Shown piece by piece: positions 1 through 10,995 of a stretch of DNA of 64,000 nucleotides. Numbering within the stretch: the stretch's first letter is position 1; each line of letters opens with the position of its first letter. The stretch comes from Macrostomum hystrix. Its lineage: Eukaryota > Animalia > Platyhelminthes. The position numbers and the translations under genes are program-made. The notes under the pieces were generated by a model. The model did not search any database. It was not told the DNA's origin and saw only the letters and a program-made list of their open reading frames with translations. Location of the stretch: the NCBI GenBank assembly GCA_950097015.1, contig CATNEN010000028.1, forward strand, positions 558,001-622,000, given 5' to 3'.

Positions 1-1074
1 CAAGCTGAGTTTCCATGCCGACGAGAATTAGGCATTAATTATTAGCCAAGAACAGTTGAAGAGCCACTGCGCAACGGGGCAATTTCTCGGCTCCCCCTTG
101 AGTCGCTCAGTACAATTCTAGGATAGGATTGGCTTTTTCGTGTTAGAGCGTTAAAGTTCCACTTTAAGCCTCCAGCCGACAGCCGGAGGTCGCTTGTTAA
201 CAATGGCTAGCCAACAAGCAACAGTATAACCAAACACAGAAGCGCAAGGCAAGATGACAATGAATCGCGAACTACAAAATAAATTATACCATCTTTTTGA
301 GCTGTGAGTGCGAGCGAGAAAATACGTAGGCCTCCCTCCACACGGTCGTAGCTTCGATATGTATATTTTCTGATCGCCACTAAGTCAGTTAAGGTGCAAA
401 GTTGAATAGTGTACATTGTTAGTACACATTTATAACACATGATGACATATTACACATTATAGGAAGCTGATGTCCCTGTAGGTTAGCCTGCTTAAGCGTG
501 CGCAATGTTGGGCGTATGCAGGACAAGCTCTAAGCCTTCTCTTTGTGAACCGCTGAGGTACAAATTGCGTTGCGTAAGTCGGACAGCTTCACGGTCAACA
601 TCACACTGAACACTTAAGGCACTTAAAGCAAGTGGAATGAGCTGGCTTGATGAAAGGAACAATGCAAAAAGAAATACAGGAGGGAGAGAAACTGAGAAAT
701 ACAAAAATATTGTCTGCTTTGGAGACCATGGGAGATATGTGGCAAGGGCGAGATGTCTGGACTCACGGTGGATGAATTATAAAATAGAATCCCTCTGGTG
801 AGAATTTAAAGATCTAATAGCACACTTTGTTAGTACAGTGAGTTTGTCACTCACTGTCAAATACTTGAATTCCAGCGGCTCCTCAAACCACCAGCCAATG
901 CGTCCAAATAATGGACCAATCAAATTCTGTGAGTCTAACCACCACCTCTAGAAATAAAAAATATTTGATACAAAAGTTACAAAGAATGAGAGACGTCTGT
1001 CAGGATTTTTAAACACATGAAGAAGGAAGGGAATAACTCATGACGTTCGATTAGAAACTAAACTTGCTAAAAAG

Positions 1075-3096
1075 ATGAACGATCAGACTGTGGATCATCA
1101 TCAGCAGCAGCAAAACAGGAGAGAAGAAGAGAAACAGAACAGGATTAGAAACACGCTGGTAGCATTCGCGGGCAACACCTCGGCTCATGGCTTTGGCAAG
1201 CTGATCTCTCCACTCTGGTATATCCAAATTCTATGGCTAGTGCTTATCGTTGGAGCCTTGAGTTGTCTGGCCTACCACATGAGCACAATGATCGGCAAGT
1301 TTCTCCAGGAGCCAGTCTCCACCTCAATCACCCTGCGTGGAGTTGACTTTGTCTATCCTGGAGTCACAGTGTGCAACAAGAAGTTCCTGGCAGTCAGCGT
1401 CATGGCTGAGAAGGTGAGATCCACCTCTCCAGGCCCACCAGGACCGTCTAGCGTTGCTGATGAAGTCTGGCAGTGGAAACCGCGGTCTCAAGGATTTTTC
1501 AACAACTTAGAAAGCTTGGCTAACCTGACAGGGGAGATTGGAGTCGCCTACCTGCAGAATGTTAGTCGAGATACTTCGCTCACCTCGTCGGACTACCTAA
1601 TGAAATATGAAGACAACAAAGTCAACCTAGCTCCACTATTGATTCGAGACACTAACGGCATCGGCAACTTTGCCGAGTTCAGCCTGCACCCTGAGAAGCT
1701 GCTCATCCGTTGTCGATTCGGACCTTACGCCTGCGACATCTCTGATTTCACTATTGGGCAGATGCATGACAATCCATTTTGTATGACGCTTGACGTGAAA
1801 GGTTTTCAGGAGAAGTATCATCTCACTGTCAGCGACGTCAATTCTTACGGCCTGGAGCTGTACTTCTACTCTGACTCGAGCCAATTCAATACTCAGAACT
1901 TGATAGCAAACATGAAGAAGGCATCGGATTCTTTCTTCCGTATGAACAGTAACGGAGGCGCTGATGTGTACATTCACCAGCCGGGCGCGTATCCGGCGAC
2001 AGGCCAGAAGATTGAAGTCCCGAATGGCTGCAAGGCGAGTATGAGCGTCACCTACCAGGAGTTTCAGTTTGTTAATATTGCAAAGCGACCTTGCCTGGAT
2101 GAGTATCCGACCAGCGAAGCCAAGTACTGGCAGCGAACAGCCTCTAAAACAGATAGTAGTGTATCATTTACCTACACTAACACTGATTGCTTCTTTAAAG
2201 AGTTGCAAACTGACATCTATGAAAAATGTGGCTGTCTCTCATACGACTACCCAGTACCAAACAGCTTGAAAGCGAATGGGGTAGGACTTTGCTTGAACCT
2301 TACCCAGGCGTACATTGTGATGAACGCAAACTCTACACAGAGTTTGAATGTATCATCTCGGGAAGAATTTCTCCTGCAAGTGATCTCGGCTACAACAGGT
2401 GGGTCAGTCAGCAGTCATATTAGAGCAGCTCTCATCCGCGTCATTAAATTGTTCACTTGTGAACGAATAGCTTTCAACTTATATTCCGTCAAAGCGGCCG
2501 CTCGTTGCACGGAGCGCTGTCACTCTTCTCAGTACACGACACTGACCAGTCTGTACAACTGGCCAAGTGAAAACTCAGACCTTTTATCTGAAGATCTGCT
2601 GAAATGGCTCGATTCGAATGTCTACTATAGAAACAATGAAAGTGTTCTGAACCAGACGTTTGTGCGCGAAGTGAATCGCGGAATCTATGACATCCTGTCT
2701 CAGGTGAGAAGTCGCGGTGCGAGCGTCGGAACCAGCAACTTCTTGTCCATTCAGCTAAAAGCGGTAGACCAGTCCGGCAAAAGCACCATCATGGAGGAGT
2801 CTCTGTCCTACCAGTCATTCGACCTGCTCAGCGATATCGGTGGCATTCTCGGCCTGTACCTGGGCGTGTCCTTGCTGACACTGTGCGAGGTGATCGAGCT
2901 AGTGCTGGGCCTCGCCTACTTTATTTTCTTAGGAGCCAGGAGTCGAAGCAGAGTACAGCAGCAGCAGCAACAGCAGCAGCAGCAACAGGTAGAAAAGCGG
3001 GCAGTCGTGACTCAAGTGCAATCAATCGAACAAAAATCTGATGAGGCGGTTCTGAGTGACTTGGAAGATGACCCAGCCATCACCACGTCTGTTTAA
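1075..3096 (+). CDS. DEG/ENaC (amiloride-sensitive sodium channel family) subunit, copy 1, intronless, 673 aa
   Basis: N-terminal HG motif (TSAHGFG), TM1, YPGVTVCN post-TM1 motif, Cys-rich thumb (CGC, CTERC), and TM2 signature LLSDIGGILGLYLGVSLLTLCEVIE with the GxS filter. Confidence 0.95.
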   Translation: MNDQTVDHHQQQQNRREEEKQNRIRNTLVAFAGNTSAHGFGKLISPLWYIQILWLVLIVGALSCLAYHMSTMIGKFLQEPVSTSITLRGVDFVYPGVTVCNKKFLAVSVMAEKVRSTSPGPPGPSSVADEVWQWKPRSQGFFNNLESLANLTGEIGVAYLQNVSRDTSLTSSDYLMKYEDNKVNLAPLLIRDTNGIGNFAEFSLHPEKLLIRCRFGPYACDISDFTIGQMHDNPFCMTLDVKGFQEKYHLTVSDVNSYGLELYFYSDSSQFNTQNLIANMKKASDSFFRMNSNGGADVYIHQPGAYPATGQKIEVPNGCKASMSVTYQEFQFVNIAKRPCLDEYPTSEAKYWQRTASKTDSSVSFTYTNTDCFFKELQTDIYEKCGCLSYDYPVPNSLKANGVGLCLNLTQAYIVMNANSTQSLNVSSREEFLLQVISATTGGSVSSHIRAALIRVIKLFTCERIAFNLYSVKAAARCTERCHSSQYTTLTSLYNWPSENSDLLSEDLLKWLDSNVYYRNNESVLNQTFVREVNRGIYDILSQVRSRGASVGTSNFLSIQLKAVDQSGKSTIMEESLSYQSFDLLSDIGGILGLYLGVSLLTLCEVIELVLGLAYFIFLGARSRSRVQQQQQQQQQQQVEKRAVVTQVQSIEQKSDEAVLSDLEDDPAITTSV

Positions 3097-5168
3097 AAGG
3101 CTAATTAATGATCTGCTTGTGATGACTCGCGAGAAATCTGTGGCGACATAAAATTTTGGTAGGGATCAGAATCGGTCGAATATTAAAGCTAACTTTTCTC
3201 TAGAAATTTTCATGGGCACTCAACCACACATTTCCAGACGAAAACCTTCAGGTGACATTTTCATAGCGCTTTTGCTTCCTTTTTCAGTGGGACTAAAATG
3301 GGACTGAAATTAAAATGACAGGATCTATATTCCAGCAACGGAACAACAAGTTGTTAACGATTGAAGGAGGCCATCAGAACATCCTGAATGACCGATCGAA
3401 TAATGCAAGTACATCAGGACAAAGTCCAAGTCCTGGAGTCCCAAACTGACGTTTGAAGATAGGTGTGATTCATCTAAAGTCCTTTAAAGTCTGCTTTGTT
3501 CGCTAAGAGTACATTCTAAGGTACAAAAAGACAATAATTATGTATCTAAGCTTTAAGCTTCTGTTTCAGATATTATTTGAATAATATTCAAAGTCTTATG
3601 TATATTAAATTACATTAAATTAAATGAAATGAAATTAAATTAAATTGCATTATATTAAATAAATATCTTGGCAGAGTTTTTTTTGCAGATTTTGGTAAGC
3701 AAATTGTTATACTGAATCGATCGATGTGCCGAGTTTAATATGCGAAAGATATTTTCGGACTTTTCTTGCTGGATTTTTACGTATTTCGTCCTGCCATTTG
3801 ATGCCGTCTCAGCACCCCACCTATATAAGTTTGAGAAGCACTACATTATCGAACTAGCCTTGCTACTACAAGTAGACAGTATCTGGGCTTATTATTCCAT
3901 GTACTCGTACTTGCTAAATTACTTGGAAAAAAGTCAATGCTATTATCATGCTGGTTGTCATGAGATAAATTAAGTATACTACTAGCAATATTCAACAGTT
4001 TTTTTTAAGTCAATCATGAATTTTTAAACACATCTCCGTGTACTTAATGAGACTAGGTAAATAGTATATTGAGTGTCGTCAACTCAGTGTTTGCAAAACG
4101 TCGTCTCAACCTGACAACTAATTAATAGGTCCTTCAAAATAATCTACCTACGCACCTGAAATGCCTAATTCTTAGCAACTAAATTAACGATAACATGAAA
4201 TTCCGAGGAATCGTTAAATAGTAATTCATTGCATAGACTTTTTATATGTATAGTTTTCGATCGAAAGTAAAAAACGACAAAAAATATTTGATAGGCAGAC
4301 AGGTGAAAATATGAATGAAACTACTTTGCAGAGTTTCGATCGCTTCAATCATCATCCTTCCGCGTGACAATCAGCATATCATTCAGCTTCTCGCTTTGGT
4401 CATTCAAATAGACCAGCCCGACTCGATGGGTCTCGACCCTGTTGAACACCCGGGTCTGTCGAATCAGGTGTGACAAGCGATAGTTGACTTTTAAAGTTTG
4501 CAGATGTTCGGGGCCGCAGTTCGAACCCTCCGGGATGCTGCCTGGAGATAAGAATATTTGGTAGACAAAACAGTTAGAGAGATTGTATTTGAGAACAAAA
4601 AACTAACAGCAAGACAATCCACTCGAAGCAACACAAGTCAGACCAGCAGCTGCGTGAGTCATATCAAAGCAGGCCCTGGTTCTTATCACCCAGTGTCTGT
4701 CTTTTCAATCTGATGAGTTTTTAACAGTAAAACTACCAACAACTAACCTGACAATTATTTTGTGTTGCACCCTAACGGAGCAGCGCAAGCACACGAAACT
4801 CAAATACAAAGGCCAACTTTTTGTTGCGCATCTTCTGAAACAATAATCAAGTCGCCGGCTCTTCAGACCGTCGATATATTCAATGGTTCTGGCCGAAAGT
4901 CAGATTTTTCCAATACGAGCTAATTGTATTTCATACACTCCTATACACTAATTAGCACTGCGCCTCAGCGCGGCCTTGCCCAGGCCTTCAAACTTTATCA
5001 GCATGTCACCCGAATGTGCCTGCATCATCTCCATCTACGGTGGTCACCTACCTTTATCTAGACGGACTGCTGAACCTTCAAGGGCTACAACAGGTGGAAC
5101 TAGTCCACTATGGACACCGTGACGTGAATTTCTCCAATTTCACTGATCAAGCCTAAATATTAGGCGCA

Positions 5169-5326
5169 GCTCAAACACAGGACACCATCACCTAGTCTGT
5201 CAACCAATCAGTCACCACCCAACGCTGTTAGCATTCAGGCGCTGCCAAAAAAATTCACGGAGGAATTCCCCTCTCCCCTTGGTATAAAAACGGGTCGCAA
5301 GATGGCTTGGTAGTCCTACTGTTAAT
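5169..5326 (+). repeat. Dispersed repeat family B, copy 1
   Basis: CCTAGTCTGTCAACCAATCAGTCACCACCCAACGCTGTTAGCATTCAGGCGCTGCC also occurs inverted within 37172-37327. Confidence 0.85.
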
Positions 5327-5473
5327 AGGAAACGTAGAGAAATTGTATGTTATGATTTTAGTTTCCTGGTTTACCGTATGAAAACGGTCGTTAGAGACTA
5401 TTTTGTCTGAAATTGCCGAGGGATGAATATTGCCTATTTTAAAGGACTCTCTCAAGGGAGAGCGGGACATCAG

Positions 5474-5700
5474 TCACCAGAGGGAGGGACACCAGACGCC
5501 AGAGGGAGGGACATCAGACACCAGAGGGAGGGACACCAGACACCAGAGGGAGGGACACCAGACACCAGAGGGAGGGACACCAGACACCAGAGGGATGGAC
5601 ACCAGACACCAGAGGGAGGGACACCAGACACCAGAGGGATGGACACCAGACACCAGAGGGAGGGACACCAGACACCAGAGGGAGGGACACCAGAGGGAGG
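5474..5700. repeat. 22-bp minisatellite (CCAGAGGGAGGGACACCAGACA), between the ENaC genes
   Basis: Direct periodicity, about 10 copies. Confidence 0.95.
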
Positions 5701-6159
5701 GAAACTATTTGCCAGAGCTTTGCGATTCAATTCGTATTCCATAGCTACCCTCAACAGCATATTGCAGCTCTACTAGACAAATAACATATTTGCAAACTCC
5801 AGTTACGCTAGCTTGGTAGGATAAATAGACTGCGTAGACAATCGATTGGTGCATGTATGAGAGACAAGTGCGAAGTATGACTCAAGTGTATGTGGTTTCA
5901 GGACTCAGCAGAAACATTCTTTTGCTTGCTAAGAAACAAGACTGGCACTGAAGAGATAAAAAGAATTTTAGTATACCTGCATGCTTATTCAATAAAAGCC
6001 GGTAGTACCACGTATTCGTCTAGGAATTCTGACAAAAAGCCGAGTGAAGATCTAATGCAAAGAATCATCACAGGCTGTGTCAACAATCTGAATATAAGAG
6101 AGACTTCAAACTGATGCCCGTACGGAGAGTTGTGACTTGTTTCTCGCAAACCTGGAGGC

Positions 6160-8151
6160 ATGGCTTCAGCAAACACTAACAGTTCCGAATCAGAAAATTC
6201 AAAGCATAGAGAGCGAGATGAAGAAAAGAGAGTTAGAAGTACGCTGATAGCATTCGCTGCAAACACCTCAGCTCACGGCATTGGCAAGCTGATCTCTCCG
6301 CTCTGGTACGTTCAGGCATTGTGGCTTGTGCTCATCCTGGGAGCTTTGAGCTGCTTAGCTTATCACATGAGCACAATGATAGACAAGTTCCTCCAAGAGC
6401 CAGTGTCCACCTCCATCACCCTGCGTGGAGTCAGCTATATCTATCCTGGTGTCACGATCTGCAACAAGAAATTCCTGTCTGTGAGCGCAATGGCACAGAA
6501 GTCCAGTAAAACCTCTGGCGGCCCCGGTCCCCCGGATGCCATCAACGTCTCCGACCAGATTTGGTCCTGGACTGCAGTCTCGATTGACTTCTTCAAGAAG
6601 CTGAGGGGACTCAACGATCTCATCAACCAAGTCGGTCAAGCGAATCTGCAGAGAATGAATGCAGACGTAGCACTTTCTTCATCCAAATACCTGATGGAGA
6701 ATTACGACTTAAAGAGCAACTTGGCTCCCTTGACGCTTCGAGACACGGATGGCATGGCTAGTTTCACTGATTTCGGCCTGCACCCTAAGAAGCTGCTCAT
6801 CAGCTGCCGATTTGGTCCCAATGCATGCGACATCTCTGACTTCACCATTGGGCAGATGCATGACAATCCGTACTGCATCACATTTAACGTAAGCAGCGTT
6901 CAAGTTAAGAACGACCTCACAAGCAATGACGTCAACTCGTACCAATTGGAACTGTACTTCTACACAGACTCGAGCCAGTTCAATGCACAGAACTTGATAC
7001 CCGAGTTGCAGATCGGCTCCGATCCATTCTTTCACATGAACAGCAATGGTGGGGCCGACGTGTATGTTCACCATCCCGGCGCGTATCCGGGGACAGGCGA
7101 GAAGATCCAGGTCCCGAACGGCTTCGAGGCAAAAATCAGCGTCAACTACCAGGAGTTCCAATTTGTGAACATTTGGAAACGGCCGTGCCTCGACTCGTAT
7201 CCAGCTGACTCAATCGAATATTGGCAGAGCTCAACACCTGGCTCTGAAAGCAGCGCCACGTACGCCTTAACTAACAAGGATTGCTTCTACACGCTGCTTC
7301 AGTCTCGAATCTACGAGCGGTGCGGGTGTCTCTCGTACGACTATCCCGTGCCAAAAAAGCTTATGGGTAAAAAGGCCAACTTGTGCTTGAATATCACACA
7401 ATCTTACATAGAAGTGAACAGGAACACTACTCAGAGCTTGAATGTGTCTTCGGCTAATAATTTTATCGCTCAGATGGTGGCCACCGTAAGACAACGCAGG
7501 ACCGTCAGCTCCGACATTGAGGCAGCTCTGCTACGCATCCTTGATCTTTTTCGGTGCGAGCGCATCGCAATCGGTGCAAATTTAGTTAGAGCGGCTTCAG
7601 ACTGCACGGAGCGCTGCCACTCTTCTCAGTACACTACGCAGACCAACTTGTACACCTGGCCCAGCCAAAATCCCGACCTTTTATCCGGAGATCTGCTCAA
7701 GTGGCTCGATTCGAATGTCTACTATCGAAACAATGAAAGTGTTCTGAACCAGACGTTTGTGCGCGAAGTGAATCGCGGAATCTATGACATCCTGTCTCAG
7801 GTGAGAAGTCGCGGTGCGAGCGTCGGAACCAGCAACTTCTTGTCCATTCAGCTAAAAGCGGTAGACCAGTCCGGCAAAAGCACCATCATGGAGGAGTCTC
7901 TGTCCTACCAGTCATTCGACCTGCTCAGCGATATCGGTGGCATTCTCGGCCTGTACCTGGGCGTGTCCTTGCTGACACTGTGCGAGGTGATCGAGCTAGT
8001 GCTGGGCCTCCTCTACTTTGTTGTCTTAGAAATCAGAACACGGCGCTGGTCGCAGCAGCACCAGCAGCAGCACCAGCAGCAGCAGGCGCATAGACAGAAG
8101 AGAACAAATACTGGCGTAATCCAAGTGCAGCCAATGGTGGCTGAGGAGTAA
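6160..8151 (+). CDS. DEG/ENaC subunit, copy 2 (tandem paralog), intronless, 663 aa
   Basis: Same motifs (TSAHGIG, YPGVTICN, CGC, GVS filter). Collinear with 1075-3096 along its length. Confidence 0.95.
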   Translation: MASANTNSSESENSKHRERDEEKRVRSTLIAFAANTSAHGIGKLISPLWYVQALWLVLILGALSCLAYHMSTMIDKFLQEPVSTSITLRGVSYIYPGVTICNKKFLSVSAMAQKSSKTSGGPGPPDAINVSDQIWSWTAVSIDFFKKLRGLNDLINQVGQANLQRMNADVALSSSKYLMENYDLKSNLAPLTLRDTDGMASFTDFGLHPKKLLISCRFGPNACDISDFTIGQMHDNPYCITFNVSSVQVKNDLTSNDVNSYQLELYFYTDSSQFNAQNLIPELQIGSDPFFHMNSNGGADVYVHHPGAYPGTGEKIQVPNGFEAKISVNYQEFQFVNIWKRPCLDSYPADSIEYWQSSTPGSESSATYALTNKDCFYTLLQSRIYERCGCLSYDYPVPKKLMGKKANLCLNITQSYIEVNRNTTQSLNVSSANNFIAQMVATVRQRRTVSSDIEAALLRILDLFRCERIAIGANLVRAASDCTERCHSSQYTTQTNLYTWPSQNPDLLSGDLLKWLDSNVYYRNNESVLNQTFVREVNRGIYDILSQVRSRGASVGTSNFLSIQLKAVDQSGKSTIMEESLSYQSFDLLSDIGGILGLYLGVSLLTLCEVIELVLGLLYFVVLEIRTRRWSQQHQQQHQQQQAHRQKRTNTGVIQVQPMVAEE

Positions 8152-8399
8152 CATATCTTTGAGCATAGCGAGCAAAGCTTTGTTTGGTCTGAGAATACTG
8201 TATAATATTGCATAGATTCATGGCTTGCTTAAATCCTTCTAGATTAAATAATAAGAGTTGAGATTACACCTTACTGATCCAGGTCGCAAATACTTTAAGA
8301 ATTATGCATAAACTATTCGTAGAAATCGTTTATAAACCTTTTCATCAGCACCCGAAAGTAAATAATGAAAATAAATATTGAGTGGGCACGAAAACTTTC

Positions 8400-9772
8400 T
8401 CAGTTTATGAATAAAAGCAACAAAAATGTTTGTAACTTACAGTTAAGATTTCGCTTCACATACGACACGTCTGGTGGTATCTTTTCGGCTAGAAGACTTT
8501 TTATAGTCGCCGAATGCTGCAGTTCCACCTCTTGAACCTGTTCGCTGAAGCCGGAAATGAGTAAGTCGGTATTGGTCGGCAGCATTGGTTTAAAATGGGC
8601 CACAGCGTACACCGCCGTGGATGATTTTGACACCGAGAAGCCGAAGCCGCAGTAGCGAGTCTTCGGCCATACCAGCTGTAGAAAATTCACTGAAACCAGT
8701 TTCCGATTCGGTCTTGACTACAATGTACGTAGTCCGGTTAAACATCGAAGCTTTTGAACTCATTCACACAGCCAGCCATCAAATAATGTACAAGGAGACC
8801 ATACACTCCGATAGTCGTGTGACTTGTGTATTGATATCCCTCGGGATGGAAAACTCCCCGCTAACTATGTACATTGAGCGACAGACTGACGCCCCCTTCT
8901 TCCTTTCGTCCCCTTACTATGTACATTGAGCGACTGACTGATGCCCCCTTCTTCCTTTAGTCCCCTAACTATGTAGATTGAGCGACAGACTGACGCCCCC
9001 TTCTTCCTTTCGTCCCCTAACTATGTACATTGAGCGACTGACTGACGCCCTCTTCTTCCTTTAGTCCCCTAACTATGTACATTGAGCGACTGACTGACGC
9101 CCTCTTCTTCCTTTAGTCCCCTAACTATGTACATTGAGCGACTGACTGACGCCCTCTTCTTCCTTTAGTCCCCTAACTATGTACATTGAGCGACCGACTG
9201 ACGCCCTCTTCTTCCTTTAGTCCCCTAACTATGTACATTGAGCGACTGACTGACGACTCATCTTTCTCTCGTTCTTTAGCTATGTTAAACTGAAAATATT
9301 CAATTTATAATACAATGAATACAGTTTTAACCTGGTCTGCAGATCTCAGGCAACTGGATACCCTTGAACTCGAGCGCTTCATCAAACCACGTATCAATAA
9401 CTGCAGAGCCTACAGATGTTTTTTGAACGAACTGTGTTAATACGCTCGTAAATTAATCTCTTCATTTTACGAGCGTAGTTATGCCAATTAATAATTAATC
9501 AGCAGAAAAAAATAATCACCGCTAAATGATATGAACTTTTCAGAGAACAGCCGGCAAATGCATACGCCGATTCCAAACTTTGAGGACTGCGAGTCTGACT
9601 GCATCACGTCCAACGCAGCGAGGGTGTCCGCCCAGTCCTGCGCACCACTGTAGGAGCTGGCCACGTGCTCCGGCCGGAGAATGAGGCTGAGGCGCAGCTT
9701 CAGCGGTGGAGCGCAGAAAAGTCGCCGAATTTCGTTGACGCGTTCCAAACATTCTAAGTTAAATTTTTCCAT
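8400..9772 (-). CDS. CAP/SCP-domain protein, GAPR-1/GLIPR2-like, 3 exons, about 206 aa
   Basis: Exons 9772-9520, 9409-9332, 8689-8400 with GT-AG introns in matching phase (1,1). The joined protein reads EKFNLECLERVNEIRRLFCAPPLKL...AQDWADTLA...GSAVIDTWFDE...NFLQLVWPKTRYCGFGFS...VYAVAHFKP, the CAP fold motif order. Further upstream exons are not excluded. Confidence 0.85.
8858..9262. repeat. 52-bp minisatellite in CAP gene intron 2
   Basis: TTAGTCCCCT recurs at 9061 and 9113; about 8 copies. Confidence 0.95.
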
Positions 9773-9974
9773 TCTTTACTACTCAGTTCTTGTAGCTATC
9801 ACCAATGGATAAGCGCGAAAATTTCTTTGCTGGCTCGCTGCGTAAGGCTTTTTACATCCAATTTTACCCGTTTTATCTTTTGGACGGCTCAGTGCCATAG
9901 ACGATTCGGTTGCTTCCGGTTTCAAAATAGAAAAAGACCAACGCTTTACTTTTTTCCAAGACTAAGGGACACTG

Positions 9975-10665
9975 AACACACACAGAGACCGACTGGACAC
10001 TAAACACATTCAGAGACTGACTGGACACTAAACACATTCAGAGACTGACTGGACACTAAACACATTCAGAGACTGACTGGACACTAAACACATTCAGAGA
10101 CTGACTGGACACTAAACACACACAGAGACTGACTGGACACTAAACACACACAGAGACTGACTGGACACTAAACACATTCAGAGACATTCAGAGACTGACT
10201 AGATACAAAACACACACAGAGACTGACTAGACACTAAACACATTCAGAGACTGACTGGACACTAAACACACACAGAGACTGACTGGACACTTAACACATT
10301 CAGAGACTGACTGGACACTTAACACACACAGAGACTGACTGGACACTAAACACATTCAGAGACTGACTAGATAGAGGACGCATTCAGAGACTGACTAGAT
10401 AGAGGACGCATTCAGAGACTGACTAGATAGAGGACGCATTCAGAGACTGACTAGATAGAGGACGCATTCAGAGACTGACTAGATAGAGGACGCATTCAGA
10501 GACTGACTAGATAGAGGACGCAATCAGAGACTGACTAGATAGAGGACGCATTCAGAGACTGACTAGATAGAGGACGCATTCAGAGACTGACTAGATAGAG
10601 GACGCATTCAGAGACTGACTAGATAGAGGACGCATTCAGAGACTGACTAGATAGAGGACGCATTC
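9975..10665. repeat. Two abutting 28-bp minisatellite variants
   Basis: GAGACTGACTGGACACTAAACACATTCA switches to GAGACTGACTAGATAGAGGACGCATTCA near 10370. Confidence 0.95.
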
Positions 10666-10995
10666 ATACGAGTAGACTGACTGGTCAGTGGAGTGAAGTA
10701 GCTGGACTTTCATTTTTAAGTAATATAAATTTTAGCATGGCGAAAAATATAGCGAAAGGCCTGAAAATGCGCTTGTTTAAAGCGGTACATTCGTTCTATT
10801 TAACTGATCGGGGGACAAAATAAAAAGCAAGGTAACTAATTAGTTTTCTGTGTGTGTGTAACAGGTAAAACTTAATAAAAATGACAGAAAGCATGAGTGA
10901 TTAGTGATAGAGTGAAAATGTGAATCAAACAGAAAACGTGAAAAATAGAAAAAACTCAGCAATCTGAAATCTTGCATGCTGCGTCCGCGATTTCC

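Noticed and set aside
1636-7494. Antisense and alternate-frame ORFs overlapping the ENaC genes
   Set aside because: Shadow ORFs of GC-rich coding sequence. The same applies to those overlapping the GH3, ankyrin and PPP1R3 genes.
9975-10665. CRISPR-like regular repeats
   Set aside because: No unique spacers and no cas genes, in a eukaryotic context.
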